A stretch of 64,000 bases of DNA from Cenarchaeum sp. (GCA_965242695.1 CBDESU010000001.1:1920001-1984000), one strand, 5' to 3'. Positions 9,965 through 20,736 are shown, counted from the stretch's first letter. Made by a program: numbers and translations. The notes: a model not told the origin generated them from the letters alone.

Positions 9965-12645
9965 CGGCGCCTCACAAAGCGGAGGACGACGGCGGCGGCA
10001 ACGGCCAGGGCGGCGGCGGCCGCCATTGAGGCCACCGCCGCGGCGACCTCGATCGGCCGCGCAGGGGGCGCGGTTGCGCCGGCGCCGCCATCGGGCCCGC
10101 CGCCTGCGCCGGCGCCGCCATCGGGCCCGCCCACTTCCGGCAGGGCTGGATCGCCGCCGCCGCCTGCCGCGGCGGCGGGTGCGGCCGCCTCGTCGACGAC
10201 AAGAAAGCCGGCAGTGTGCGAGTCCGGGCGCAGCACGTCGTCGGACACTGCGAACAGGCGCAGGCCGGCGGCCCCCGGCCCCAGGGCCGACGTGTCCTTG
10301 CCGTCGAGCCGCACGGTCGCATGCCCGGACGCGACGTCGGCCGAGCCGGACAGCGAAGCGGTTCCGTTGCCGCCCGCGCCGTGGGATCCCGAAATAAAGT
10401 AGTGCAGGGTCGACGCCCCCTCTGCCTCGACGCCGATCTCCGCCGGACGCCCGCGCACCACCACGTCCGGGGCGTCGACGCCGGCAATCTCGGGAAACCT
10501 CACGTCCTCGAGGTGCGCCCACGACCCGGCCGGCAGGGGGTACGACTCGTCGTCGAACGCGGCGATCCGTATCGTGCGCGACTCGGGCGAGTACGACTCT
10601 AGGTAGAACGGGCCGTTGCCGACCACCGCATGGCCCGTGGCGCCGATCCACTCCAGGGCCGAGTCGTACCGGCCCGCCGCGTATTCCTCCGTGGCGCCGA
10701 GATCCGCAAGCGGCGGCGGCACCCCGCCGGGCCCCGACGCCCTGGCCTCGCGCAGCGCATCGGCGACGAGCTGCGCATCGTTCGGTATGATCAGCGACAG
10801 CCACGGCACCGACCGGCTCACCGAGCCGGACCTCGAGAACGAGGCCGAGCCGTCGAGGACGACGGCCTCCATCGCGCGGTACACCTCCCACGGCATCGCC
10901 GGCCACACCGATGCCCACGCGGCAATCTCGGCCTCGTCAAAGTGCCAGTAGTCCAGGTACACCTCGATCGTATCGGCGTCCACGGGGCGCACCCCGACCA
11001 TCGTGTCGACGACCTGAGCGGCGCGCGGCGTGTACTCGGCATCGGACGTGCGGTCGACTCCGCCGCCAGGGGCCGGCGCCGACCCCCACTCGACGGCAAA
11101 GTACAGCGAGTACATCACGTCGTTCATGTCGATCGGCTCGCCGTGGTGCCACCTGCCGCCCGAGAGGTCGAACGTCACGCGGCTCCTCGCCTCCGATCCC
11201 TCCGGCACGGGCGCCCACCTCTGCTCGGCGGGGCTCCACAGGACGGCCCCCCCGGGTACCCGTACGCCCGCCCCGCCGCCGCCTTCGGCGCCGCCGGCGC
11301 TCTCGACGTCCCACGCGGCGCGGACGGGGATGATGCGCCCCGAGTACGGGTGGTGGAACGTTCCGGGATCGGACAACGCGTTCCATATCTGCGTGCTGTA
11401 CGTGTCGCCGAACCCGACTACGGGGTTCCACGAGCCCTGGTAGATCTGCTTGACGCCCACGCGCAGCGTGTCCGAGCCGCCCGGCCGGGCGTTGATCGGC
11501 GTGAACCGGCTCGGCACCCCGGCCCCAAAGTCGTTGACGACCCCCTCCACGTCCTCGCCGCCGGCGTACAGGTCGGTGCGGGCCGCCAGGAAGATGCGGA
11601 CCGACTCGGATACGGCCTCGGCCGTGGCGGCGCGCACGAGCTCGGAGCGCTCGTCGGCCGACCCGTACTCGCCGGCGTAGATGCGCTGCGTGATCGAGTC
11701 GAGCCTTTCGTTCTCGTAGTTCCAGTACGACGGGTCGTTGAACCCCGGCATCGACGAGTACCACGGCGCGTACATCTGGCTCAGGCCCACGGGGTCGTAC
11801 CGCACGAACGCCGACCTGCCGCCCCACCCCTCGGTGTACACCGACCACCGCATCTCGGCGGGATCTGACCCGTACACGACGACGAACGCCTTGTTCAGGT
11901 CGCCGTAGTCGCGCCTAACCGAAAAGCCGGCCCCCTCGAGCGAGGACGCGAGCATCTCGCCGACGGACTCGCGCACGGGATCGTCGCTGCGTATGAAGAC
12001 GCGCACCTCGACGGGCTCGCCGCCGTGCATCCACGCGCCGCCCTCCCCGCGGACGGCCCCCTCCGCGGCCATGGCCGAGCCGATCATCGACGAGGCCAGG
12101 GCGGGGTTGTGCTCGAACCCGTACGACTCGATGAGGCCGAGTATGCCGATGTAGTCGGGGTCGGACGGGCCGTAGTTCGAGACCATGGGCGTGCCGTGAC
12201 CCCCCATCAGCTCGTTGACCATGAGGCGGCGGTCGACGAGGTAGTTTAGGGCGTACCGGACGTCGCGCAGCGAGAACGGGTTGAGGGTGCCGTCGGCCGG
12301 CGCGGCGGGGTTTACGAGCAGGCTGTACGAGCCTCCCGTCGACTCGTACACCCGCAGCCCGCTGCGCGACTCGTCGTCCTTTACGCGGTCGGCCGGGACG
12401 GTAAAGTAGTACAGGTCCAGGTTGCCGTTGCGCACCTCCTCGAGCGCCGTATTCTCGTCGAGGTACTGGACGAACTCGACGGCGTCGACGTGCGTGCCGC
12501 GGTCGGCCGCGGCGGGGGCCGACAGGGCCAGGGCGATCGCCGCTGCCACGGCCACGACGATCACCGGCGCGGAGATGGCCAGGCGCAGCGGCGGCGCGGG
12601 CCGCGGGCCGCGCGGCCTGGATCGTGGGCGCTCTCGCACGGACAC
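9961..12645 (-). CDS. ABC transporter substrate-binding protein, family 5 (peptide/nickel), membrane anchored
   Basis: Signal peptide, NPFSLRDVRYALNYLVDR, WHHGEPIDMNDV, GNGPFYLESY, C-terminal TM plus RRR. Confidence 0.9.
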   Translation of the reverse strand: MSVRERPRSRPRGPRPAPPLRLAISAPVIVVAVAAAIALALSAPAAADRGTHVDAVEFVQYLDENTALEEVRNGNLDLYYFTVPADRVKDDESRSGLRVYESTGGSYSLLVNPAAPADGTLNPFSLRDVRYALNYLVDRRLMVNELMGGHGTPMVSNYGPSDPDYIGILGLIESYGFEHNPALASSMIGSAMAAEGAVRGEGGAWMHGGEPVEVRVFIRSDDPVRESVGEMLASSLEGAGFSVRRDYGDLNKAFVVVYGSDPAEMRWSVYTEGWGGRSAFVRYDPVGLSQMYAPWYSSMPGFNDPSYWNYENERLDSITQRIYAGEYGSADERSELVRAATAEAVSESVRIFLAARTDLYAGGEDVEGVVNDFGAGVPSRFTPINARPGGSDTLRVGVKQIYQGSWNPVVGFGDTYSTQIWNALSDPGTFHHPYSGRIIPVRAAWDVESAGGAEGGGGAGVRVPGGAVLWSPAEQRWAPVPEGSEARSRVTFDLSGGRWHHGEPIDMNDVMYSLYFAVEWGSAPAPGGGVDRTSDAEYTPRAAQVVDTMVGVRPVDADTIEVYLDYWHFDEAEIAAWASVWPAMPWEVYRAMEAVVLDGSASFSRSGSVSRSVPWLSLIIPNDAQLVADALREARASGPGGVPPPLADLGATEEYAAGRYDSALEWIGATGHAVVGNGPFYLESYSPESRTIRIAAFDDESYPLPAGSWAHLEDVRFPEIAGVDAPDVVVRGRPAEIGVEAEGASTLHYFISGSHGAGGNGTASLSGSADVASGHATVRLDGKDTSALGPGAAGLRLFAVSDDVLRPDSHTAGFLVVDEAAAPAAAAGGGGDPALPEVGGPDGGAGAGGGPDGGAGATAPPARPIEVAAAVASMAAAAALAVAAAVVLRFVRRR

Positions 12646-12833
12646 GGCGGCGCTGTTGCCAATGCGGGGCTAAAAAGGGTTGCAGGGAAAGCGGCGGCGC
12701 CCTTCCGCTGCAGGACGCCACGTATCTGCACGCCTGCCCGCGTGCGAGCGGCCCAAAAGCGGGATCTCTGGCCATGCGCTTTAAATATGCACCGCGTTTC
12801 GCTTCGGCAACGGATCGCATAACTACAGCCGTC

Positions 12834-13433
12834 ATGATTGGCATCGGCGCACTAGTCGCCGCAACAACGGCGCATCAGTGGGAATACCTCTGGGAGGGCG
12901 AGTACCTAGGCAAGTGGGCATCGCTCGTGGCCATATACTCGCTGGGGATTGCGCCCCTGTGGTACTTTCTAAAGAAAAAGCTCGACGGGAGGATGGAACG
13001 GCGCACTGCATCGATTGGCATCATGGCCGAGCTTGCCAACGCCACCGACGGACTTGACGAGAATAAGCACGGCGATCTAAAGGCCGCCACACTGGCCGCG
13101 GGTCAAAAAGTCCACTTTATGAACCGCATGCTCAACCACGGCACTTACGGCAGCCTCGTCATGTCGGGCAAGATTATTGCCATCAAGCCCAGTTTACAGC
13201 AGCCGATTCACGACGTATTCCAGATCATAAAGGACCGCAACGGTTTTTTGCAAAAAATACGCGCTATGGAAGAGATGGGGGATCAGCGAACGCGGGTCAA
13301 GAGATACTACCTGCAACTAGGCAAGGCCGAAGAGATGCTACTAAGCAGCATACCGCCCCTGCTTGCCGATCTCCGCAGGGAGTGCGAGTTGTCCGGTACC
13401 AAAAAGCGGCGCCTAGGCAATTCATGGTCGTGA
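12834..13433 (+). CDS. Hypothetical membrane protein
   Basis: Two N-terminal hydrophobic segments, then a helical soluble domain; lower GC; TTTAAATA at about 12780; start uncertain. Confidence 0.6.
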   Translation: MIGIGALVAATTAHQWEYLWEGEYLGKWASLVAIYSLGIAPLWYFLKKKLDGRMERRTASIGIMAELANATDGLDENKHGDLKAATLAAGQKVHFMNRMLNHGTYGSLVMSGKIIAIKPSLQQPIHDVFQIIKDRNGFLQKIRAMEEMGDQRTRVKRYYLQLGKAEEMLLSSIPPLLADLRRECELSGTKKRRLGNSWS

Positions 13434-13475
13434 CGGGCGATGCGTCAAGCCGGCGGCGCCGGCCTGACAATGTGT

Positions 13476-13527
13476 GCGCAACCGGCGCAACCGGCGCAAC
13501 CGGCGCAACCGGCGCAACCGGCGCAAC
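13476..13527. repeat. 9-bp tandem repeat GCGCAACCG x5.8
   Basis: Read directly. Confidence 0.95.
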
Positions 13528-13599
13528 ACCGCAGGACGCATGCCCGATTGAGGCCGCCGTAGCCCCAGAGATGTGCGTGTAGGGAACGGCGGAAGCTGA

Positions 13600-13725
13600 T
13601 CAGTCAGACTTTTTCTTCGGCCTAGAGGTGGCGGGCTCTTCGATCCCCCAGCCGCCTTCGCTCTTCGGTATGCAGTCGATGTACTGCCTGCTTTCCCCCG
13701 TATACACGAGTGGCTTCTTGCCCAT
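13600..13725 (-). CDS. Putative 41-aa small protein MGKKPLVYTGESRQYIDCIPKSEGGWGIEEPATSRPKKKSD
   Basis: ATG about 25 nt downstream of a TTTTAATA box; protein-like composition. Confidence 0.45.
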   Translation of the reverse strand: MGKKPLVYTGESRQYIDCIPKSEGGWGIEEPATSRPKKKSD

Positions 13726-13990
13726 GAAGCGAGACTCCCAGGGCAGTATTAAAACATTGCCCGTCCGCATGCAGCGTGTCGTGTACAAAGAGTAGTGTCC
13801 CTCGGCTGTCAGGCGCAGGCGCCCGACGTCCCGAGGCCTCGGGGCGATCGCCATGCTAGGACATCTTGCTCCCGTGCTCCTGCGCAGGCGCCTCGCGCAT
13901 GGGCATGCCGGGGTCATGCAGGGACGCCCGTTGCGAACCGCTCGGAGAGCCTGACCGGGCGGTGCCCTGCGGCCGCGCCCGGCGCGCCGC

Positions 13991-14827
13991 TCACAGCCCC
14001 CTGCCGGTCATCGCCTCGTACGCGCTCACGTACCGCTCCGTGATCCTAGCAGATATCTCGGGTGGGATCGGCGGCGCCCTCGGCTCGCGGCCGGCGGCGC
14101 GGTCCTCGTCGAACCGGCGCTTGTAGCCGTTCTCCGAGAGCCAGTCGCGCAGTATCTGCTTGTCGTACGCGACCTGCACCGACCCCGGCTCGTGTGATCC
14201 CCTAGGCCACAGGCGGAACTCGTCGGGTCCGATCGAGTCGCCCAGCATGATGCGGCCGCCGAGCCGGCCAAACTCCAGCTTTAGGTCGGCAAGGATGAAC
14301 CCGGAAGAGGCAGCGGCGGCGGCCATCATGCCGTATATGCGGACCGACCTTGCAGACAGCTCGTCGTACTCGGGGCCCGTCACGAGGCCGGCGCCGACTG
14401 CCGCGTCCCGGCCCACCGGCTCGTCGTGCTCGTCAGACTTTGTAGTCGGATCGAACACGGGCTCGGGCAGGGCCGCGGCCATCCTCGCATCGCCGGCGCC
14501 CCGGGGCAGCTCGGCCTCGCCGCGCCTCACCCTGTCGTACAGGCTGCCGTACAGGTAGCCGCGAACGACGCACTCAAGCGGGATCATCTCCAGGCGGCGC
14601 ACGAGCATCTCGGCCGGCCCCGTGCGCTCGACAAAGTGGCTCTGCACGCCGAGCTTGGAGAACCAGTACTCGGCGAACGCGCACAGCACCTCGCCCTTGC
14701 GCGGTATGCCGCCGTCGAACCTCACATCGTACGCCGATATGCGGTCGCTGAACCTGAACAGCAGCATGCCGCCGCCCGCGTCGTACACGTCCTTGACCTT
14801 GCCGGATGCGACCAGCTTCACGGCCAC
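13991..14827 (-). CDS. purC: SAICAR synthetase
   Basis: [41 protein letters not shown]. Confidence 0.97.
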   Translation of the reverse strand: MAVKLVASGKVKDVYDAGGGMLLFRFSDRISAYDVRFDGGIPRKGEVLCAFAEYWFSKLGVQSHFVERTGPAEMLVRRLEMIPLECVVRGYLYGSLYDRVRRGEAELPRGAGDARMAAALPEPVFDPTTKSDEHDEPVGRDAAVGAGLVTGPEYDELSARSVRIYGMMAAAAASSGFILADLKLEFGRLGGRIMLGDSIGPDEFRLWPRGSHEPGSVQVAYDKQILRDWLSENGYKRRFDEDRAAGREPRAPPIPPEISARITERYVSAYEAMTGRGL

Positions 14828-14877
14828 GCGAGCAGGGCAGGTGATTTAACCTGTGCGGGGCGCGGCGGGGCGCCGGC

Positions 14878-15264
14878 CTAGGATCCCATCATCCCGACCA
14901 TCTTGGGCGGCTCGCGGTACGCCTTGCTCACGAACACGCCCGGATCGGCAGAGACCATCACGTACTCCATGGCGTTGCCCGGCGGCGGCGAGACGATGAC
15001 CTTCTTGCCGCTCTCGAGGGTGCCGAGGCTCAGCTTGTCGCCGTCCCCAAAGTCGACGACCACGCCGGTCAGGTCCTTGCCGCCGACGTTCTGCACCGTC
15101 ACCCTGCCCGTAATGAACAGATTCTGCTTGTCGATGAGCGGATCCACGTACAGCGCGTGGTCCTGCGTCGCGATGCTGCCCCGCATCGCGTCCATTCCGA
15201 ACACGACGGCCATGGCCCCGACGGCCCCGACGCCGAGCAGGACGAGGGCCCTGTATTTGTCCAC
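14878..15264 (-). CDS. Hypothetical membrane-anchored protein
   Basis: N-terminal TM, beta-rich domain, YREPPKMVGMMGS end; TTAAATA box upstream. Confidence 0.7.
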   Translation of the reverse strand: MDKYRALVLLGVGAVGAMAVVFGMDAMRGSIATQDHALYVDPLIDKQNLFITGRVTVQNVGGKDLTGVVVDFGDGDKLSLGTLESGKKVIVSPPPGNAMEYVMVSADPGVFVSKAYREPPKMVGMMGS

Positions 15265-15478
15265 GCGCGGAAGAGTGGGCGGTTGTATTTAACGGCGCCG
15301 CGGGCTGCCGGCGGGGGCATCCGGCGGGGCGCGTGGGCATCCGGCTGGAATGCCGGAGGCCAGGGCGGCCCAACACACTTAACGGCGCATCGCATGCGGC
15401 GGGCGCTTGGCCGCAAAGGGCATCGCCGGCTGCCTCGGCGGCATCATACCGGGAACGATATCCGTCCTCGACTTTACG

Positions 15479-16048
15479 ATGGCCGCCCGCGTCGACAGGG
15501 TCTCGGCAAGGGCGATCCTCGAGCGCCTCGCCGCCTCCGGCATAGGCGCCAGGTCCGGCGGCGACACGTACGAGTTTGCCGCCGGCGACAGGCTCAGGGC
15601 CGCCGTCCTGGCCGTCCGCGAGGACGGCGCCGGCATCGACGAGGTCTCTGAGCGCATCGGGTGGCGCGACTTCGAGGGCCTCGTCGCCGAGGTCCTCGAC
15701 TCGAGGGGCTTTGAGACGGAGAGGAACCTGAGGGTAAAGGGGGACGGGGGGCAGAGGGCAGAGATCGACGTGGCCGGCACCAGGGACGGCATCGCGCTGC
15801 TCGTCGACTGCAAGCACTGGCGGCGCTCGAGCGCATCGGCGCTGGCCGCGGCGGCGCGCCGGCAGGCCGGCAGGGCCCGCCTGTACGTGGCCGCCGGCGC
15901 AGGCGCCCCCGCGGCCCTGCCGGCCATAGTGACGCTGCACGAGGACGGCATCGAGTTTGCCGGCAGGGTGCCGATCGTGCCCGTCCTCAAGCTCGGCTCG
16001 TTCGCCGACGAGCTGTACGGGAACATGGAGGGGCTCGATCTCGCATAG
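15479..16048 (+). CDS. Mrr-like PD-(D/E)xK endonuclease-fold protein
   Basis: WRDFEGLVAEVL...EIDV...LVDCKHW. Confidence 0.8.
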   Translation: MAARVDRVSARAILERLAASGIGARSGGDTYEFAAGDRLRAAVLAVREDGAGIDEVSERIGWRDFEGLVAEVLDSRGFETERNLRVKGDGGQRAEIDVAGTRDGIALLVDCKHWRRSSASALAAAARRQAGRARLYVAAGAGAPAALPAIVTLHEDGIEFAGRVPIVPVLKLGSFADELYGNMEGLDLA

Positions 16049-16067
16049 GCCCCGCGGCCCCCGCGCC

Positions 16068-17114
16068 CTACCCCTCGAGGAACGAAAAGGCCAGGTACGC
16101 GGCGTACGATGCGGCCAGCGCCGCGCCGAACGGCCATCGGATGGCCGCGGTTCGGAGCGCCACAAGCAGCGCCAGGCTGAAGGCGACCATTACGGCATAG
16201 TCCGCATAGACGTGATCGGCGACGGCTATGGGCGAGACGGCCGCGGCGACTCCCGTGATCATCAGGACGTTGTAGATGTTGCTGCCCACTATGTTGCCGA
16301 CCCCGATGTCGGCGTGCCCGCGGCGTATGGCAATGATCGACGTTATCAGCTCGGGCGCCGACGTGCCGACGGCGATCACCGTAATCCCGACAAGCCTGTC
16401 CGACATGCCGAACATGCCGGCGACGGCCACCGCGTTCTCTATCGCAAGCCACGCGCCGCCGCCGAGCAGGGCCACGCCGGCGGCTATCAGCGCCCCCGAC
16501 CTGGCATACTGCGCGGCGGCGCCCCCGCGGCCGGCCGCCGCGGCCGCCTCGGCGGCCGCATGCTCCGCCGCGGCGGGGGCGTGGGCGGCGGCGGGGAGGG
16601 GCGCATGGGCGGCGCGCGGCGGCGCCCCCGCCGCCCGCCCCGACCCGCCCGCCGCGGCGCGCCGCCGGGCCGAGACGAACGTGTAGGCGCTGAACGCCAC
16701 TAGCGCGGCTATCAGGACGGCGCCGTCGCCCGCCGACAGGCCGCCCCCGTGCGCCGACAGGGCCACGAGGAGCAGTGAAAAGCCAATCATCATCGGTATC
16801 TCGCGGCGCAGCACCCTCCTGCCCACCGGAATGACGGCCAGCATCGCGGCTATGCCGATCACCATGCCGACGTTGGCTATGTTGCTGCCGACCACGTTGC
16901 CGAGTATGATCCCGCCGTGCTCGCCCGTCGCGGCAAGGCTCGCAGCCAGCTCGGGCGTCGACGTGCCGTACGCGACGACCGTCATGCCGATCATGAGCGG
17001 GCTGATGCCGAGCCTTGTGGCTATCCCGACCCCGCCGCTGACCAGCCAATGGCCGCCGAGGCACAGCATTGCAATGCCGGCGGCCGTGAGGCCCATGGCG
17101 ACGGCGAGTTCCAT
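16068..17114 (-). CDS. Ca2+/Na+ antiporter (YrbG/CaCA family)
   Basis: Duplicated GTSxPEL and GNxVGSNI alpha repeats. Confidence 0.94.
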   Translation of the reverse strand: MELAVAMGLTAAGIAMLCLGGHWLVSGGVGIATRLGISPLMIGMTVVAYGTSTPELAASLAATGEHGGIILGNVVGSNIANVGMVIGIAAMLAVIPVGRRVLRREIPMMIGFSLLLVALSAHGGGLSAGDGAVLIAALVAFSAYTFVSARRRAAAGGSGRAAGAPPRAAHAPLPAAAHAPAAAEHAAAEAAAAAGRGGAAAQYARSGALIAAGVALLGGGAWLAIENAVAVAGMFGMSDRLVGITVIAVGTSAPELITSIIAIRRGHADIGVGNIVGSNIYNVLMITGVAAAVSPIAVADHVYADYAVMVAFSLALLVALRTAAIRWPFGAALAASYAAYLAFSFLEG

Positions 17115-17385
17115 GCGGCCGCGCGGCGCGCCGGCCGTTTAAAGCCGGCGCCGGGCGCAGGCCGCATCGCGGTCCCCTGGCAGGGGCCGCTAGCGTCGCG
17201 GCGCCCAGGCCCCGGCGGCCGCCCCGCGCCGGCGCCCGCGCGTCGCGGCGCCGCCCCCTTCCCCCCGGCGCGGAGCCGGCTTGCATCACGGGCCGCGGCG
17301 CATCCGCGCAGGACGGCGGCGGCCAAGAGCGCGCGGCCTCGCGGCCCGATCCTACAGGCGACGGCGGGCCTCGGGCGGTCGCCCG

Positions 17386-18519
17386 TCAGGATATCGGAAT
17401 GTTCGCGCTGCCCCAGGGCTCGGACACCCTGAACGTATACTCCCTCGACGAGTCGTACTCGAACTGCGTCCCGCCGTACCCGATGTTGGGCCCGAACAGC
17501 ATGTTGAAGACGCGGTACGTTCCCGGCTTGAGGACGATCTGGCCGTTGGTAAAGTCCATCCCCGAGTACTTGAACGCCTTCGACCCGTCCCATACGTCGT
17601 ACGCGCAGATGGCCGGCCCCGTGCACGACAGGGCCACGTTTTCGGACCCCGTGTTCTCGGCGAGCATGCGCACGGTGAGGATTGCCTGGTCGCCCTCCAT
17701 GAACAGGTCGTTGCCCTCGGTGCCGAGCCCCTGATAGTAGAATACCACGGGGCCGGCCTCGTACGAGGGCGCGGTCGTCCTGTACATGTTCGCCTCAATG
17801 GCCCCCTCCGCATCCCTCTCGCAGTCTAGGCGCTCGTACGCCCGAACGATGTCGGCACAGGCGGCCAGGTCGTCCAAGAGATCGGCCGGCGGCGAGTACC
17901 CGCCTTCCGCGGCGGCGGAGGCGGCCGGGTCGGCGGAGGCGGCCGGGTCGGCGGAGGCGGCCGGGTCGGCGGAGGCGGCCGGGTCGGCGGAGGCGGCCGG
18001 GTCGGCGGAGGCGGCCGGGTCGGCGGAGGCGGCCGGGTCGGCGGAGGCGGCCGGGTCGGCGGAGGCGGCCGGGTCGGCGGAGGCGGCCGGGTCGGCGGAG
18101 GCGGCCGGCACACTTATCAGACCTACGTTGATCAAGTACTGCAACGAGCCGACAAAGTCCTCGTCGGTGATGGAGCCGTCTGCCCACCAGCCGGCGCTTG
18201 TCTTGACCCACTCGGGGACTGCGGCGCCCCCGCTCGGGCCCGCAGCGGCGTCGCCGGGCGCGGGCACGTCAATGATGCCGGCGCCGATCAGGTACCCAAC
18301 GCCGCCCAGAAAGTCCTCGTCGGTAATGGAGCCGTCTGCCCACCAGCCGGCGCTGGTCTTTACCCACTCAGGAACCCCGTCCGACGCGGCATGCGCATCC
18401 GGGACGGCCGGCAACGCCGCAATCGCGGCGGCCGAGGCAGCTGCAACGGCAACCACGGCGCATGCCTGCTGTAGCAGTACCAACGGGTGACAGTCCCATC
18501 GCCTGCATATAAACCTCAT
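17386..18519 (-). CDS. Secreted/surface protein with two thaumarchaeal PxWVKxxAGWWxxGxIxDxxF modules and a (SADPAA)10 linker
   Basis: Signal-like hydrophobic stretch ending AHA; PEWVKTSAGWWADGSITDEDF twice; C-terminal beta domain. Confidence 0.85.
   Translation of the reverse strand: MRFICRRWDCHPLVLLQQACAVVAVAAASAAAIAALPAVPDAHAASDGVPEWVKTSAGWWADGSITDEDFLGGVGYLIGAGIIDVPAPGDAAAGPSGGAAVPEWVKTSAGWWADGSITDEDFVGSLQYLINVGLISVPAASADPAASADPAASADPAASADPAASADPAASADPAASADPAASADPAASADPAASADPAASAAAEGGYSPPADLLDDLAACADIVRAYERLDCERDAEGAIEANMYRTTAPSYEAGPVVFYYQGLGTEGNDLFMEGDQAILTVRMLAENTGSENVALSCTGPAICAYDVWDGSKAFKYSGMDFTNGQIVLKPGTYRVFNMLFGPNIGYGGTQFEYDSSREYTFRVSEPWGSANIPIS
17914..18108. repeat. 18-bp coding tandem repeat x10 (SADPAA)
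   Basis: GGGTC core recurs every 18 nt from 17927 to 18089. Confidence 0.97.
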
Positions 18520-18802
18520 TCGGCCGCCTCGCGCGGGCGCGCTCAGACCTCCGGCAGGGCCTGCCGTCCCAGGCGCGGCGCCCTCGATCATGGCCGAGTT
18601 CCCAGCTGTGCCGAACCTCAGCAGGGCCTGCCGTCCCAGGCGCGGCACCTCGCGCCTAGACGTAATGGTATGCGGCAGGTTCCATGGACCAAGGAACCGG
18701 CAGGCCGCCGGCGCGTGCAAATGCCGCGCATCCCGGCCGCGCGGGCCCCGACGCCCGGCCGATCGGGCAGAGGTTTATACGCGCCCCGGCGCGGGCGGCG
18801 GC

Positions 18803-19459
18803 ATGGGCGTGTCCGTGTCTGGGCAGGGCGTGCAGATAGCGCTGAGGGCAAAGTACAGGACGTTCACGCCGGACCAGCTCGCAACCGTCCTCCGCAGGGA
18901 AGGGTACACGAGCACAAAGGCGACGGCCAACACGTCCGACAGCCCGCTCGCATCCCCCGTGCAAACCGTCATGCACTCGAAGGGCGACCTGATCATACTG
19001 TTCGGCGATGACGAGAACCTGATAAAGTTCCACATCATAAACCGCAGGAACGTCAGCGACATATTCGAGGACGAGATCAAAAAGGTCCTCACGTCGCTCA
19101 ACTACAACCCCCCGGTCGTCGACACGATGAAGATGTCGTTGTCGGCCGCCGTCTCGGGCATGGGGTCCCCGCTCAAGACGCTAAAGTCACTCGTGCGCAG
19201 CCGCCTGGCCGACCACCTCGGGGAGATGAACGACCTGGGCAACGCCGAGACGACGTCGCTGAAGATCACGCAGCACGACGACGACCGCACCGAGTTTATG
19301 ACGACGGCGATCGAGCCGCTTACGTCCGATCCGACCGGCACGTACTACGTGGAGATCGAGTACATGACGGACGACAACGAAAAGTTCACCCGCTTTGTGA
19401 GGAGGATCGGCGACGACATGATCGAGCGCATCGTGCGCGGCGCCGAGGGCCGCGAGTGA
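18803..19459 (+). CDS. Hypothetical protein, about 218 aa
   Basis: Host-like codon usage, TTTATA box at about 18774, globular composition. Confidence 0.75.
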   Translation: MGVSVSGQGVQIALRAKYRTFTPDQLATVLRREGYTSTKATANTSDSPLASPVQTVMHSKGDLIILFGDDENLIKFHIINRRNVSDIFEDEIKKVLTSLNYNPPVVDTMKMSLSAAVSGMGSPLKTLKSLVRSRLADHLGEMNDLGNAETTSLKITQHDDDRTEFMTTAIEPLTSDPTGTYYVEIEYMTDDNEKFTRFVRRIGDDMIERIVRGAEGRE

Positions 19460-19575
19460 GCGGCGCTGGGCGGCGGCGCGGCAGGGATGCGGGCGGCCGC
19501 AGGGGGCGCGGCGTCCGGCGCCCTAGTCGGCGGCGGGGCGCAAATTCTTTTAACGCAACGGCGCGCGGCGGCGGC

Positions 19576-20664
19576 GTGCGGCTGACATACGGGGGGGCCG
19601 GAGTCGACGTCCCGGCCATAGAGAAGAGCCAGAGGCGCATCGGCAAGATCATCGCATCGACGCACGGGGCCGCGGCCGGAGGGGGCGGATCCGGCGCGCG
19701 CACCGAGCACGGCTTTGGCCACTATGCCGGAATAGTCGAGGTGGCCGGCGGCAGGGGCGGGAGGGGGCCTCGCATGCGGATCGCGACGCATACGGACGGC
19801 GTCGGCACAAAGGCGATGATCGCGAGCATGATGTCCAGGTACGACACGATCGGCATCGACTGCGTCGCGATGAACGTAAACGACATCGTATGCGTCGGTG
19901 CCGAGCCCGTCTCGTTCGTCGACTACATTGCGGCCGGCTCGAACGACGAGCGGATATTCGCAGACATTGCGCGCGGCCTGGCCGCCGGGGCCCGCGCGGC
20001 GGGCGTGCCCATCGTCGGCGGCGAAACGGCGGTAATGCCCGGCATGTTCGGCGGGCGGGCGCGGCACGGCGCCGGGGGGAGCGGCCGCTTCGCGTTCGAC
20101 CTGGCAGGCACGGCGGTCGGGGTCGTGCGCGGCAGGCCCATCATGGGCGATGCCGTCAGGCCTGGAGACGTGATCGTCGGCGCCTCCAGCAGCGGCCTCC
20201 ACTCGAACGGCTACACGCTCGCCCGCGCGGCCCTCCTCGGCAGGAACAAGTACGGCATGGACGACAGCGTGCGCGGGGTGGGCCGCATAGGCGCGGCCCT
20301 GCTGAGGCCGACGCGCATCTACGCCAGGCCCGCCGTCGAGATAGCCGCCGCAGGCCTGGCGCACGGGCTTGCCCACATCACGGGCGGGTCGTTCTCGAAG
20401 CTGTCGCGCCTCAACGCCGGCGTCATGTACGACCTTGACGCGCTGCCGAGGCCGCCGCCCATAATGCGCCTCATAGCGGACCAGGGCGTCGGCGAGGCCG
20501 AGATGCACCGCACGTTCAACATGGGGATCGGGTTCTGCGCCATTGCGCCGCCGGACAGTGCAGGGGGGATCGTCGAGGCGTTCAGGCGCCACCGCATCCG
20601 GGCCGCCCCCGTCGGCACCGTCCGGGCCGGGCGGGGCGTGCGCGCCGGGAGGATCGAGCTCTGA
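19576..20664 (+). CDS. purM: AIR synthetase
   Basis: TYGGAGVD, TDGVGTK, DCVAMNVND, GGETA, SSGLHSNG, AHITGG, TFNMGIG. Confidence 0.97.
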   Translation: MRLTYGGAGVDVPAIEKSQRRIGKIIASTHGAAAGGGGSGARTEHGFGHYAGIVEVAGGRGGRGPRMRIATHTDGVGTKAMIASMMSRYDTIGIDCVAMNVNDIVCVGAEPVSFVDYIAAGSNDERIFADIARGLAAGARAAGVPIVGGETAVMPGMFGGRARHGAGGSGRFAFDLAGTAVGVVRGRPIMGDAVRPGDVIVGASSSGLHSNGYTLARAALLGRNKYGMDDSVRGVGRIGAALLRPTRIYARPAVEIAAAGLAHGLAHITGGSFSKLSRLNAGVMYDLDALPRPPPIMRLIADQGVGEAEMHRTFNMGIGFCAIAPPDSAGGIVEAFRRHRIRAAPVGTVRAGRGVRAGRIEL

Positions 20665-20736
20665 CGCGGCGGGCAGGGCGCGGCACGGCGTCACACTCGG
20701 CTTATATTGAGCCGGCGCCGCGCCGGCGCACGCCCA

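Noticed and set aside
15479-16048. Mrr-like nuclease as the partner of the orphan MTase or as a defence island
   Set aside because: About 30 kb away, host-like GC and embedded among housekeeping genes
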